Source of the DNA: Octopus bimaculoides
Lineage: Eukaryota
Reading direction: 5' to 3'
DNA length: 45,448 nucleotides
Assembly (NCBI RefSeq): GCF_001194135.2
Contig: NC_068981.1
Location: 10,983,864 to 11,029,311, forward strand
Shown here: positions 11,441 to 24,893 of the stretch, piece by piece
How the letters are laid out: each line of letters starts with the position of its first letter
How positions within the stretch are numbered: position 1 is the first letter of the stretch
Program-made: the position numbers and the translations under genes
Notes under the pieces: model-generated
What the model saw: only the letters and a program-made list of their open reading frames with translations
What the model was told of the DNA's origin: nothing
Database searches by the model: none

Positions 11441-12020
11441 TAAACTTAGATAAACTTAGATATGTTTCGACCAAAGATTGGTCCAGGCCATGTCTAACTT
11501 AATAGCACCACCTGATAGGATTATCTAAGTCCTTTTAAAGTCAAGTTTTGTTTATGGTCCATTCAAGTAGTGAATATATATATATCGCTTTTAGAAAAAA
11601 TATAAATCTGGAGAAGAAGCTCACTCCAGGAAGTAGAGCAGTCTTCTATAATTTTTCCTGGTGAAGGCCCGTTAATAGGGTTACCCTGGGTTTCCCGTCC
11701 ATGAATGGTTTAACTTTATGGCGCATCTTCAGACCTGTTGGCCTATGGCCTCTTTAAAATATGGAGGGGAATAGTCTAGATTATCCCCTTTTGCTAATGG
11801 CTATCAACTTCTGGACCGGCTGCCATCGATCTGCTAGAAAGTTAAACAATAAAGGATCATCTCCCTCTCTTGTTAGCCATCAACTTATCGCGGTCCCCCA
11901 AAAGCCACCAGAAATCTCCTAAAAGGCAGCCATGGCCCCTGACTCGATTGAGTCCCTTAAGATTCTTGTGCCTACGGCGATGCATAGCTTGCAGCATTTC
12001 GTCCCGTTAATATAGGGGCC
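11441..12020 (-). mobile_element. ~580-bp insert inside a family A SINE, carrying hammerhead-like motifs
   Basis: Lies between the 5' and 3' halves of one SINE. Contains a near-complete motif at 11674-11739 and partial motifs at 11456-11497 and 11971-12020, all on the minus strand. Confidence 0.6.
11674..11739 (-). ncRNA. Type I hammerhead-like motif
   Basis: AACAGGU-CUGAAGA-UGCGCCAU...AUGGACGG-GAAA-CCCAGGG-UA/ACCCUAUU. Core is intact, stem III is ACC-CAG-GGU, and stems I and II are imperfect. Confidence 0.5.
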
Positions 12021-12029
12021 TATATACAT

Positions 12030-12240
12030 TTGTGTGTCTATGTGTGTCCCTCCCCGCCACCGCCAACGATTGAGAACCGATGTTGGTGTGTTTACGCCCC
12101 CACAACTTAGCGGTTCGGCAAAAACCACCGATAGAATAAGTATTAGGCTTACAAAGAATAAGTTCTGGGCTCGATTCGTTCGACTAAAGGCGGTGTTCCA
12201 GTATGGCCGCAGTCAAATGACTGAAACCAATACAAGAATG
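12030..12240 (+). mobile_element. SINE family A, 3' half
   Basis: aaccgatgttggtgtgtttacg...cttacaaagaataag...ccagtatggccgcagtcaaatgactgaaac matches 4710-4912. Confidence 0.82.
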
Positions 12241-12591
12241 AAAAATTGTATATATTTTCAGAAAGTGAAAATTCATTTAAAGTTTTCTAAAAATTTAGTC
12301 AGGAACAGAGGAAAATACATTACAAATTTGGGACCTCATGAAATATATATCTCTGTAGAGGTACAAACACGAATGTGTGGTTTATGAAGAGCTTTCCAGC
12401 AATTATCGAAACCTGTCTAATTAGTCAATCTCTTCTTGTCTATTAATGGAGAGACAAATAAAGAAACTACAAACAATGCGTTCGATTACACATCACAGTG
12501 ATGATGAAAATATTGTACAGTCGTTTATAAGGTACACCGTTTTGTGTTTCTGTCATCCAAAACTCAGTGTTGTGAATAAACTATTAAATAC

Positions 12592-12850
<259 letters not shown>

Positions 12851-13101
12851 GTATATATGCATATATATGTACACACACATTGAGTGAGAGAGAGAGAGAG
12901 AATGAGGTGAAAAGAGAGAGAGCGACCTTAATATAGCGTGTTATAATTATATGAAACACTCTTTAGCTCCCTTTACACATAACTACATATATATACACAT
13001 CCATATTCATATATATGTACATATACATATATATATGCATAAATTTTGTGCGTATATATATAACATATAAATACATATATGTATATATATATGTACATGT
13101 G

Positions 13102-13148
<47 letters not shown>

Positions 13149-14092
13149 ACACACACACACATACACATATATATATAAATCCATATATATGTATGTGTAT
13201 ACACATACACATATATACCTATAACATACAACCATGTGCATACATGTGTTACCTCTAGGTACGCATATAGGTGTATCTTTGAGAGTGTGTGTGTCTGTAT
13301 GTGTATACACATCTCTCTTTGTTTTTCCATCTCTGCGCATGTATGTATGTTTGTGTGAATATGTTCGTAACGTTTGCTAGTTTGTCTTTGTGTGTATATG
13401 TGTGTATGCTGTGTGTGAGTATGTATCTGTGTGTGTCAGCTTTATTTTTTTATATAATGGGACTGGCAGTGATGCAGAGAATAATGAAAACCTATTTGTT
13501 ATACAGCCTTAGAACAATTTCCCTAATGAAGAACGAAAAACGTGCAAATGGACACTACAATTAATAAATATATTAATTAATTATTAGGCAGGTACTTAAG
13601 GGCTGCACTGGTATCAATTAACAGCAAATATCAGTTGACTCCATGTTGTTTAGATACCGACTGGTTAACAGCATTTATCATCTGATCAAGTTCTCTGAAT
13701 CATTATTGAAGAAAGAAATTGATAAAACGTAATAGAACATCACGTGCATATGACGTGTCTAGATTATGAAACATTCACGCAAATAAAACCCCAAAAAGAT
13801 TAATTCCATTATTTACGGAAGGAAAAGCCTCAAGAAATATAAAAAAGAAAGTCACTAATGCAAATGGATGTTAGTTCAAACATTTTTCTTTTTGTGGCTC
13901 TAGTTGTTGTTGGTTGTGGTGTTATCTTTTACATTTGAATTACAGAGAATACATGCATGTTTAATCATCAGCGCCCCAACAGGAAAATTCAGAAATGGCT
14001 GTGAAATAATCATTAACTACTACCTTGACATTAAAAATGGCGATTTTTTAAAATTCGCCATATATTTTTGATGCCGCTGTTGTTGTTGTGAG

Positions 14093-14166
14093 TATAATAA
14101 TAATAACAACAACAATAAAAATAACAACAATAATAATAATAAAATTAATAATAATAATAATAATAA

Positions 14167-14197
<31 letters not shown>

Positions 14198-14240
14198 GTC
14201 ATTATTATTATTATTATTACTATTATTATTATTATTATTT
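14093..14240. repeat. (AAT)n followed by (ATT)n
   Basis: Directly visible; two opposed triplet tracts. Confidence 0.92.
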
Positions 14241-14245
14241 TTAGT

Positions 14246-14460
14246 AAAGCGGTGAGCTGGCATAATCGTTAACACTCCGAACAAAAAATGCTTAGCGGAA
14301 TTTTGTTCATCTTTACATTTTGAGATCAAATTCTGCAGGGAGTAATGTTGCCTTCTCCTTTCGGGGTGGATAAACTAAATTCTAGTTGAGCACTGGGGTC
14401 GATGCAATCGATTTCGCCCCTCCCTTGAAATTGCTGGCCTTGTGCTTACAATAGAAAGCA
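14246..14460 (+). mobile_element. SINE family B followed by (TTA)n
   Basis: gcggtgagctggcataatcgtt...ggggtcgatgcaatcga...ggccttgtgc. Confidence 0.82.
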
Positions 14461-14497
14461 TTATTATTATTATTGTTGTTATTATTATTATTATTAC

Positions 14498-14557
<60 letters not shown>

Positions 14558-14582
14558 CATCATCATCATTATTATTATTATT

Positions 14583-14810
14583 GAGGATGCATGGCCTAGT
14601 AGTCAGGGTGTTGCGCTGACGATCGCGAAACCGTAATTTCAGTTCCTAGACCGGGTGGTGCTTTGTGGTCTTGAGCAAGACACTTCATCTCGCGCTGCTT
14701 TGCGACCACATCGACAACTTGACGGACGTGTGGTACACCGTGCATCTGTTCAGACAACGTCGATTTGATGGAGGGAGTGAGAAAATGTACAGCACACACA
14801 TTTGTATGTG
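14583..14810 (+). mobile_element. tRNA-derived SINE, family C variant
   Basis: A-box-like tggcctagtagt and the cttgagcaagacactt motif. Body matches the minus-strand copy at 35500-35755. Confidence 0.75.
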
Positions 14811-14830
14811 TTAAGTAATACAGTTATATA

Positions 14831-17320
14831 ATGCATTTTGATTCATTATTTTCTTTCCGTGATTTTTCCTATGAAGGTTTCAATCCTAAGCCACGATCGA
14901 GAACCATTCAGCTTGAGCTTAAGTCCTACTCTTCACTATCAGTTTTGCGAATTTTCTTCGTCTTTTTCCACTCTGATCCTTATTTGTTTTCTGTTATTGG
15001 ACCTGTAGTGGATTTTCTTTCCATCATTTTATCATGGCATTCCGTAGCACTATTTTCAGCTTAGCTGCCGTTTTTATTTTGTAGCTTGCCTGTCGTTTCA
15101 TAATACTCTTTCAGTCTTTGTTTTGTTTTTATTAGCTTCCACGAAAGCAGGAAATAGTGTTTTATTATGTTTATTCTTGTCATAGCAGCCCCAATGTCTG
15201 TATTCATGAGACTCCAAACGTATTTCTTCTTTTTCTGTTTATTGTTTATATCTGTCTAAAATTGCTGATACTCTCGCATCTAGCTCACATGTAAATGAAA
15301 ATCTGGAGCGTTCATTCGTATTGTGTGTTTTCCTTTAGCTCGAATGCCACGATGATTCTCTTGTCTAAAATTTTCGTTTTATAACTTCTGCATGTTATAC
15401 ATTATCTGCTTCATGGATTTCTAAGTATTTGCTAGTTCTTGTTTGTTGCATTTATATTATACCTTTATTTTATCTAGCATGATATTGTTATTCTAATTTG
15501 TTTAATAATTGTAATCTCAATTTTATATGAATTTAGCAAGAAAAATCTGTATAATTTGTGCCACAGTGCTTCTAATTATTTATCATCTGCAGTGTACGAC
15601 CAAGGATCGTTCTTAATATTGACAATTGATTATTATACCATAACATTTCATCTGAATCCAGTCCAGTTTAGCATGTTCAGTAACGTTGTTAGCACTTAAA
15701 AAAAAAAAAAAAAAAGAGTGAGTCTCTTTAGGCTATTCCTTTTCTAATGCTTTAGAGATCTTTTGTTATATCAGTAAAATTATTTGACATTTACTCATGA
15801 CATGTTTAAGGTATCTGCATATTATTGATGTTACCTTACCCATGTTTAATGTTCCAAGAAGCCATGTGATGAATCAATAGCATTCTGCAGCCTCCGATTA
15901 AGGCTTTGTTGATCAGTAATTGACCTTTACAACTATAAGAACCTTTGAAGCATCCATTCTATTCATCTACAAACAAGCAGTTCCCTTCAGTTCTCTTCAT
16001 TCTATGCAATGTTATTGCTGTTAAGGCTTTATAAGCTGTAGGTAGGTGGGTTATGGGTCTCTAGTTTTCGATGTGTAACTTTCGTCTTGGGTATTAAAAG
16101 ATGATTCCACCTCGTTTTGAGCCAGTCAAGTGTTTCTGGTTTCCCCAATATCGTATGGAACGTCTCTGCTGGTACCTTAAATATATTAAACAGAAGTTTG
16201 GAACCTTTGTCGTGTCCTGATCCTTTCCAGTTGTTCACTTTTTAAAAAGTATTTTTATGTCATTATGGCCTCTCGGTATTGTTCTTAAGTATTCGTTTGA
16301 ACATTGTTATTTTCAGTCAGTGCTTTGCTGCACATCATTCTACCTAATGTCTTCTACTCCTCTTTTAGTCGGTGCTGAATTGATGCCTATACAATTTCCA
16401 TATAATTCTTGCTGAAATTATTTTCAGTTGGAGTCCAACGGTTTCTTTTGTCCAAAGAATCGTCCTACTTTCATACTGACAGACTCCTCTATAATACTTC
16501 CCGAAGATCTCTTATTTTGTGCATCATCGATTTTAGATACTTCTTTTTCTCTTGTCATTGTCATAATCCTCAATTATTTGTCTTTCCTTCCTTTCAGTTC
16601 TGTCGTTTTGCTATTGATTTCACTAGGGATAAAGAAATCTTTTGTCTTTCTATCAATTTCGTGTAATATTTGCTTTTCATGTTTGTTTGGGGTTTGAAGT
16701 TCTTATATGAATAGATCTGAAGGTAGATATATTTCCCTTTGTAACCATACTGGTTGCTGTATATATTACTTTATTTTACATGATAATATTGATATTCCTG
16801 TCCGTTTTCATTAAGTCTGTGATGGCTAGGTTTGCGGTCTTTATTATTGTTGCGACTTTCTCATCACGATTTCTGCCTATAACACTTAAATCTTTCTCAT
16901 ATTCCAATTTCTTCATATTTTTGCCTAGGTACTTCTGGTTCGGATTTCTTGGTCAGTATTCTGTAGGCGTTCTGAGGTTCGGTAATTCATTTAGATCTTC
17001 GTGATTTGAATTACCACCATCTTTGTATCTTTTGTTTTATGTTCGTTATTTTTAGGTTATATCTCTTGAATTTACCAGTTTCTGAGATTGTATCTTAAAC
17101 TAGTTACTCTGTGCGGTACAAAAATACATTTAAATCCAGGCCTTTTCTTTTCCAAATTTCACTGCAGTTTATTGTCATAATTTCGTTTATTCAGTACAGT
17201 TTTCCACAAATATATCATCTCATGAGTGTGGGTGCTTACTTTTCCGTTTTATTCGCTAGGGTTAAAGACTACTTTTTCTGGGTACTTTTTATGGGTACCA
17301 GTATATCTATTTTTTGCTGA
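14831..17320 (-). mobile_element. Decayed R4/Dong-like non-LTR retrotransposon, copy B (N-terminus through RT to zinc knuckle)
   Basis: Frameshifted motifs in the expected order: EIWKRKG, DWLKTRWNHLLIPK (RT region before the YRPI motif), WLLGTLNM...KHVMSK, LLNMLNWTGF, ending at SKC of the knuckle. Confidence 0.75.
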
Positions 17321-17339
17321 TGTCGAGTTTTGTATGCTA

Positions 17340-19010
17340 CCTACTTTCTACGCATTTCCCAATAATCATATTTCGTTTAAACATCGTTAATATTTATAAT
17401 ATTAGTCACTTTCGAATGTAGACATGACTCATGTTGACAAGAGCTGTTCTTCGGTTGTTCTTTCTGACATCCATGATCATATTTGGTCTACTTTCTTCAA
17501 AACTTTGGTCAATCTTCAGAGAAATATCCCGTAAAATCTTGCTTTTGGGATCCACTGTTATTTTTGCTCCTATTCATACCACTTTGTCGTCATTTCGAAC
17601 CCACAAACCTGGCTAAAAATAAATAAATTCTTTCATTGACACAGTCATTCCTGCATTTATACTTATTTTATGCTAGTTTACTGCACCCACAAACTTATTA
17701 ATATTTTCGTCCTATTTTCTACACATTCTGCGTTTGCTCTGTGGCACACATTGCTAATCTTTGTCTTTGTCAAATTCATCCAAATGGCTCGTAGACAAGT
17801 GATTAAAGTAAGGCTTTAGTTTTTCGTCTTATACTTCTCTCTCTCAGTTCAAGCAGCGTTCCAATCACTGCATGAGTTGACCACGGACCTCTTCGCATTT
17901 CTAGGTATTTCTCCTGTCTTATATCTTTCTATTCTTGAATTCTGTCATTATTTCAGTGATGTTTTCGACATTTATATATCTTCAATTAGTAAACGTTCTT
18001 CCCTATGCACTGCGTAGATCTTCAAACAAAAATTCACAGCCATGATAGTGACTTCTACATTTAACAAAACGTTGCATTCTTCCCTTTTTGCTTAGTAGAG
18101 TCTGTTGGTTAGTAGAGTCTGCATGGCGAGCAGCTTTCTAGTTTTTCTTCACACTTCCTGTATCACTGTCATAATCCACTTAAAAAATGAACAGTATATC
18201 TGAACTTTGCTATAGCTTTCATGATATTTCCTCCAATTAGTTTTCTTTGAAGCACCTTCCTATCCCGCCTCTTGTACTCATCAGATATTTTCTCTTTCAT
18301 CTCCTTTCTCACCACCTTATCCTCTTGCAGCACTTATCAAACTTTATCATCTTTCAGTGATCTAATGATACCGTCTTGTCGCGTCTTTATACATCTCAGA
18401 CTTAATCTTTTGACCTCTCTTCATAATTAAAGCTACACACTGGTCTACCCCAACTGCATATAATCAATCATGCTAAATATTCTTACCGTTTCGATCAGAG
18501 AATTCAGTCTTTTTAAAAATTTTTGATGTAGGTTTTAAAATCATCCATAAATAGCAAATTATATTTTCTCCCCGGCCTTAGTAAGCTTATAAGTTGCTCC
18601 AAATGTTCTCACTATTCTTGTCAAACGAATCAACGCATTCGCAAAAAGTAACTGAGACGGCGAGTTTCCTTGAAATATTCTGGTCTGTATTTTTATATTT
18701 CTTGATGATCCACTTCTGAATTTTACTTTTTACGTTCTGCAATCACGTAGCTGTTTCAAATATGCTGTTAAACTTCACAAGGAGGAGGAGTGTCATTGGA
18801 CACTCCAAAAGATAATAGCGTAGATAATTATCACATGGCTTGTTGTAGTCTATCTAACCAATACCTTAGTTCTTTATGATTCTTACGTTACTTAGCATCA
18901 ATAGTTTCTGTGCATCACTTTTGCTCTCCTGTAAATAATTTCTTCTTCTCTAGAAATCTATACAATCCATCTGCTGAGTCCACTTAACAATTTTTCGAGA
19001 AACGGTAAGT
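17340..19010 (-). mobile_element. Decayed R4/Dong-like non-LTR retrotransposon, copy A (RT through restriction-like endonuclease)
   Basis: IDYNK (WIDYKKA motif), NLLFMDD at about 18540-18560, LNSLIETVRIFS, RKTRKLL, a CRMC knuckle, and KWYE...KIL.D...SRPNM (RPD motif). Confidence 0.8.
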
Positions 19011-19077
19011 ATGTAATGAGCATATAATTGCCCTTCCCCCCAAAAAAATTCAAGTCCTTCTTCCTTCAGTAGAAAGG

Positions 19078-19266
<189 letters not shown>

Positions 19267-19273
19267 TGTTGTT

Positions 19274-19484
19274 GAGGTGGTGAGCTGGCAGAATCGTTAG
19301 CACGCCAGGTGAAACGCTTAGCGGTATTTCGCCTGTCTACGTTCTGATTTCAAATTCCGTCGAGGTCTACTTCGCCTTTTATCCTTTCGGGGTCGATAAA
19401 TTAAGTACTAGTTGCATACTGGGGTCGATCTAATCGACTATCCCCCTCCCCCAAATTTTAGGCCTTCTGCCTATAATAGAAAGT
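19274..19484 (+). mobile_element. SINE family B
   Basis: ggtggtgagctggcagaatcgttagcacgcc...tttcggggtcgataaattaagtac. Confidence 0.88.
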
Positions 19485-19539
19485 ATTATTCATTATTGTT
19501 TTTGCTATTGATGTTATAAATCGGTAGTCTTACCTTTAA

Positions 19540-20160
19540 TGCCTCCTTTCGCTACACCTCCGAGCAGAACTCTGTGTGTCTATGTGTGTCATATTTCGTT
19601 CTGGTTTTCTTATATTTGCTGTATTAAAAAATGTTCTACAGAATATATGTACAGGGTGTAGCAGTAATGATTTTTTTTTTGCTTGATAAGCATATTTGTA
19701 AGTCTTGGGTGTTTCGTTATGTATTTGTCTGCATGTTCTTTGATCATTCCCAGAGCGCTTATTATTACAGGGATCGTTTCTGTTTTCACGTTGCACATTC
19801 GGATTATCTCTTTCCAGATCTTTATAAATCAGAAAAAGTTATTACTTTTATGAGTTTGCAAATGTTTCAGGCGAGCTTTTGCAATAAGACCTGGTACATA
19901 GCTGTAGTCTTGAAATGAATCTTTTGCAAGAGATGTAAAGTGTTTCCACATCACACGTAATTTACTGTATATTGTTTGTTTTCAGCTGTAATTTTAGTGT
20001 TTCATTTCTTTGATGTGGAGAATATGTGTCGTGTGAGTTTTGTTATTTCGTTGCATGGTGATTGCATTGCGTATTCCTAGTGTTGGTTGTAAATATTGCA
20101 TAACGTATATTCAGTTATGTTATTAAATTGAAAGTATCTTGAGAAAAACATCAATAAGTT
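19540..20160 (-). mobile_element. R4/Dong-like LINE 3' fragment
   Basis: ORF 19610-19798 encodes KTETIPVIISALGMIK, the C-terminal endonuclease-region motif; YKDL lies just upstream. Confidence 0.78.
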
Positions 20161-20641
20161 TCTTTCTTCAAAGAGAATTGTATATATACCAGGAAACATT
20201 GTTACAATTTTCAAGGTTAATAAATGCTCTGTGAACATGCTCTAACAGTTGTGATTTATTATTATAATTTTTGTTGTTATTCTTGCTGTTGTTAGTTGTG
20301 CACGCCCACATTCTATCATTTTAACATGACACTGTTAAGAAGATATATTCTTACAAGATTACTTTATCGAAAAAGAAAAAAAGAAATGTTTTCTTTCCTT
20401 TTGGATTTTTTCGCCAACTAAGAGGTTCGAAACTCTAGAATTGCTAACCCATTACACTAAGGCGCTTTATGAGACAAGTGGTTGTATATTGTTTCCAAAC
20501 ATTTATTTTAAAAACATCTGGTTGTTCTGTGTAGCACCTGTGAGACGGCGCAAAGAGCTGTTCACCACAAAGTGGTTGCAGTGAATGTAAGTAAAAAATG
20601 CTTGAAATAAAGAAACAATTTGAAAAATAAATAGTAAAAAG

Positions 20642-20688
<47 letters not shown>

Positions 20689-21309
20689 GACATGCATACA
20701 GACATGAATACGAACAATAACAGTTTTCTGAGCGAAAGCACAAACTTGAATAACCGTAACAAAATCAACACCATCAACAACACCTAAATATACTTTGCTA
20801 ACCTCCCACGCCTAAAATACTTACGAGACATCGATTAGTTTCAAGACAAAGATAGTATCACGGAAATGGTATAGCATAAAATAGAGTACCTCTTTCACAG
20901 AAAAATTTAACCAGGAAAAGGCGAGAAAATGAGGTCAAATATTTTATTCACAAAAACATCTGTGAGGGTTTCAAAAGAGCCTCAGAATAGTAATTGTAAA
21001 ACAACTCTGGCTGATGGGTATTATCCCTCATTAACTTGAAAATACAGTAAAACAGACTCTTAAGAAATTAGTGATTATCTACGAAGGCCAGATTTAGTTA
21101 TTGTAGGTCTTCAGTTTGGATTAGTTCATAGGACCATGGTGGGAGGGAAGAATATTGACATCTCGATCCTGAACCTTTGGATGAGGTAGTCATCTGGGAC
21201 ATTATTGACTCGAGATCTTGAACTCATAGGGAAGTTGCCCGGCTTTAATGACATATAAGTGACTGAGATGACATTATTCCCCCCACCCCTGAAGGGAACA
21301 CCAAACCGT

Positions 21310-21461
21310 CGTAGGTCCACTCACTATCAGCTGGTTGGAATAAAGTAACGTGAAATGAAGTTTTTGTCCATTAAAACTATACACTTCGCAGACCAGGAAT
21401 CGAAACCATAACCTTGCAATCATGAGTGCAACACCTTAACCGTTAGACAATACTCCTTCAC
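21310..21461 (-). mobile_element. Degenerate tRNA-derived SINE family C head
   Basis: Reverse complement gtgaaggagtattgtctaacggttaaggtgttgcactcatgattgcaagg...gtttcgattcc resembles the 40612 copy. Confidence 0.65.
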
Positions 21462-21934
21462 TTTTGGTTCAGAGACAGAAGAAAACAATTGTTTAAAAGT
21501 TTAAAACAGCACCCCACCTCTCTCTCTTACACACACACACACGCTCGGTCTCGAAACAATATATCTCCTTTTCACCAGTTCATATAGCGTATGAAGTTAT
21601 ACCAAAATTTGTGTATACTTTTTGCAGCTGGGTAGATTTAACCAGCATTAGGTAAGAGTGAATTCGCCATGATAACGGTGACAAGAGAAATAGACATAAC
21701 ACGATTAATTTTGCTTAGCATTTCGACTTCTCACCCCATGGAATATAAAATATTGTCAGTTTGATCAATGGCATTTTCTTTTTTTAATTTAGATAATTGA
21801 TTTCTCTTTCCGTAGGGTTCAAATCCACACCAAGTACGGGATGCAATAGAAAATTCTCTGATATTTTACACGGCTGTTGCTGCGGCACTAGCGAAGCTAC
21901 ACAGATCTTAATAGCGTTTTCACCCCACCAATAT

Positions 21935-22259
21935 AGCTGGCAGACACGTTAGCAAACCGGGCGAAATGCTTAGCGGTATTTCATGTCTTTATGTTCTGAG
22001 TTCAAATTCCGCCGTGGTCGACTTTTCCTTTTATCCTTTCGGGGTTCGATCAATTAAGTACCAGTTGTGCACTGGGGTCGATGTAATCAACTTAATCCCT
22101 TTGTCTTTCCTTGTTTGTCCCCTCTATGTTTAGCCCCTTGTGGGCAATAAAGAAATAAGAAACGTTAGCGCGCCGGGCGAAATGCTTAACGGTATTTCGT
22201 CTGCCGTTACGTTCTGAGTTCAAATTCAGTCAAGGTCGACTTTGCCTTCCATCCTTTCA
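21935..22259 (+). mobile_element. SINE family B, two tandem copies running into a gap
   Basis: cgttagc...gggcgaaatgctta(g/a)cggtatttc...ttctgagttcaaattc occurs twice (about 21947 and 22162). Confidence 0.85.
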
Positions 22260-22627
22260 NNNNNNNNNNNNNNNNNNNNNNNNNNNNNNNNNNNNNNNNN
22301 NNNNNNNNNNNNNNNNNNNNNNNNNNNNNNNNNNNNNNNNNNNNNNNNNNNNNNNNNNNNNNNNNNNNNNNNNNNNNNNNNNNNNNNNNNNNNNNNNNNN
22401 NNNNNNNNNNNNNNNNNNNNNNNNNNNNNNNNNNNNNNNNNNNNNNNNNNNNNNNNNNNNNNNNNNNNNNNNNNNNNNNNNNNNNNNNNNNNNNNNNNNN
22501 NNNNNNNNNNNNNNNNNNNNNNNNNNNNNNNNNNNNNNNNNNNNNNNNNNNNNNNNNNNNNNNNNNNNNNNNNNNNNNNNNNNNNNNNNNNNNNNNNNNN
22601 NNNNNNGAGAGAGAGAGAGAGAAAGAT

Positions 22628-22667
<40 letters not shown>

Positions 22668-23364
22668 TGAGTGAGAGAGAGAGAGAGAGAGGAAGAGGGA
22701 TAGATAGATAGAGAGAGAGAATCGTTTTCAACTTTACAAAAATGGTTTTCTTTTCTCCCTCGACCATAGCGTCCGTTTGCTGTTGAAACGTTAATCAACT
22801 TGTAAAGTACGGGAGTATTTTCTTTGCATCCTGTATATTTAGGTTTTAGGCTGTCCGAACGCATCAGAATTTATTTTACAAATAACTTAAGCAGAAGTGA
22901 AATGTTAGCACCCATGACCTTTTCAATACCACCTAAATTAGTGGACAGGAGCTGCCAGAGACTTAACCCTAAAAATTACAATAGTTTACTCCGTCAAAGA
23001 TGTCATGACGTTAAAATGGACTACAAATCTAGTTACATTTCAAAATTGATTCTCAAAGAAGGAATGGTCAGACTTGAATCATAACATAGATGGGTTGTCT
23101 GATATAGAGTTCCGCAGTTCATCCTATCCGGTTGAAGCCCCCTCTGAACATTTGATAAACTAGAGTTTATTCAAATAATAGACACTTCTTAATACAATTT
23201 ACTACAGGGGAAACTAATTTACATGTTTCCAGAAATAAGATTTAGCTGTAAGATCGAAACTTTGCTGAAATAAGCAAGTTTTGCTTTTATTTCCCGAGTC
23301 TACCTATTACAAAGTTTCTATGAGATCAGTCTTCGTGTATTGTATGCAATATATATATATATAT

Positions 23365-23419
<55 letters not shown>

Positions 23420-23639
23420 NNNNNNNNNNNNNNNNNNNNNNNNNNNNNNNNNNNNNNNNNNNNNNNNNNNNNNNNNNNNNNNNNNNNNNNNNNNNNNNNN
23501 NNNNNNNNNNNNNNNNNNNNNNNNNNNNNNNNNNNNNNNNNNNNNNNNNNNNNNNNNNNNNNNNNNNNNNNNNNNNNNNNNNNNNNNNNNNNNNNNNNNN
23601 NNNNNNNNNNNNNNNNNNNNNNNNNNNNNNNNNNNNNNN

Positions 23640-23689
<50 letters not shown>

Positions 23690-24234
23690 TGCATACACAC
23701 ACACATATATATGTATGTATATATATGTGCATATATATACACACCCACACACACACACACACACACATGCACATTGCAAACACATATCGATATGAACATG
23801 TCTGCGTATGAATCATCAATATTATGTCATACGTCTATTTATGTTATATTTTCTTTTCTTTGTTGTTATTATCGTGGCTGTTTTGTTGTTAATGTTCCTG
23901 GAATCCTCATGCTTTTACATTACATAATATAAATGGAATAAAAACTTTTCAGAAAGTAAATCTTCTGTTTTCTCCGCTTTTAATCAGAAACCTCAGGACA
24001 TACGAAATTAAATAAAATATTCCTGTCACTTCTAGTCAATTGCAGAAGATTTTCGCTTCGAGTTTAAGGTGTAGATTTAGAACAGTTCATATATATTATA
24101 GTGGAAAGTGAAATATTCTAGGCTTCTCTTCTAGAATCTTACACTAACAATATTTTACACTACATAGTCCAAATAATAGGAGTGTATTACGTCTCTATTT
24201 GTGATATTAATACTTAACATTAAAGGAATCAAAA

Positions 24235-24710
24235 GTGATGATTATTACGAAAATGGTGACGTCAATTAGGATTTATTTTCTTAATGGCCACGTCTAGAAT
24301 GATAATAATCTTAATGATGCTAATAATGATGATTATGATAAAGATGATGCTAATAATTCTAATTATGTGAATGATGACGCTAATAATCACATCTATGTTA
24401 ATAGTGATGTTAATAATGATGATTATCATAACTATGGTCTTTGTTATGATGATTATCATAATAATGTTAATGTTATGTTTGATAATAATATAATATTTAT
24501 GACGATTAGGACAGCGACAACTATTAGAACAGCGACAACTATTAGAACAGCGAAAACAACGATTAATACCAGGAGGACGATTAAAACAGTGATTAAGATA
24601 ACAATTATGATGACAACGACTACTATGAGCAGGATTTTGATGATGATATCTATGGTTAGGACGACGACGAACACGACAACGAAAGTAACGACGGTGATGA
24701 TGATGAATTT
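24235..24710. repeat. Cryptic triplet-derived low-complexity tract with an internal 18-bp tandem repeat
   Basis: GAT/AAT/GAC-rich; tta(g)aacagcgacaacta is repeated about 2.7 times near 24505-24555. Confidence 0.8.
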
Positions 24711-24855
24711 AGAAATGGCAGATTGCCAGGGTAAGTTAAAGATCTTCGTAGCAAATAACGACTTAGTAATTGAAGCACACGTAACATCTAAACACCAACA
24801 TTATTTCATAATAATTCTTGAAAATGGTTGCAATAATTATTCATCGCACTATGTA

Positions 24856-24891
<36 letters not shown>

Positions 24892-24893
<2 letters not shown>

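Noticed and set aside
12380-12425. atgaagag...atcgaaacctgtc as a hammerhead
   Set aside because: C3 is missing, stem II does not close onto GAAA, and stem I is weak.
22824-23084. 86-aa ORF in unique sequence
   Set aside because: No recognisable domain or splice context, and the length is within chance expectation.
24499-24735. D/N-rich frame that reads through if TAA/TAG encode Gln (ciliate-like code)
   Set aside because: The tract is a degenerate triplet repeat flanked by host-type SINEs, has no recognisable domain, and changes frame upstream.
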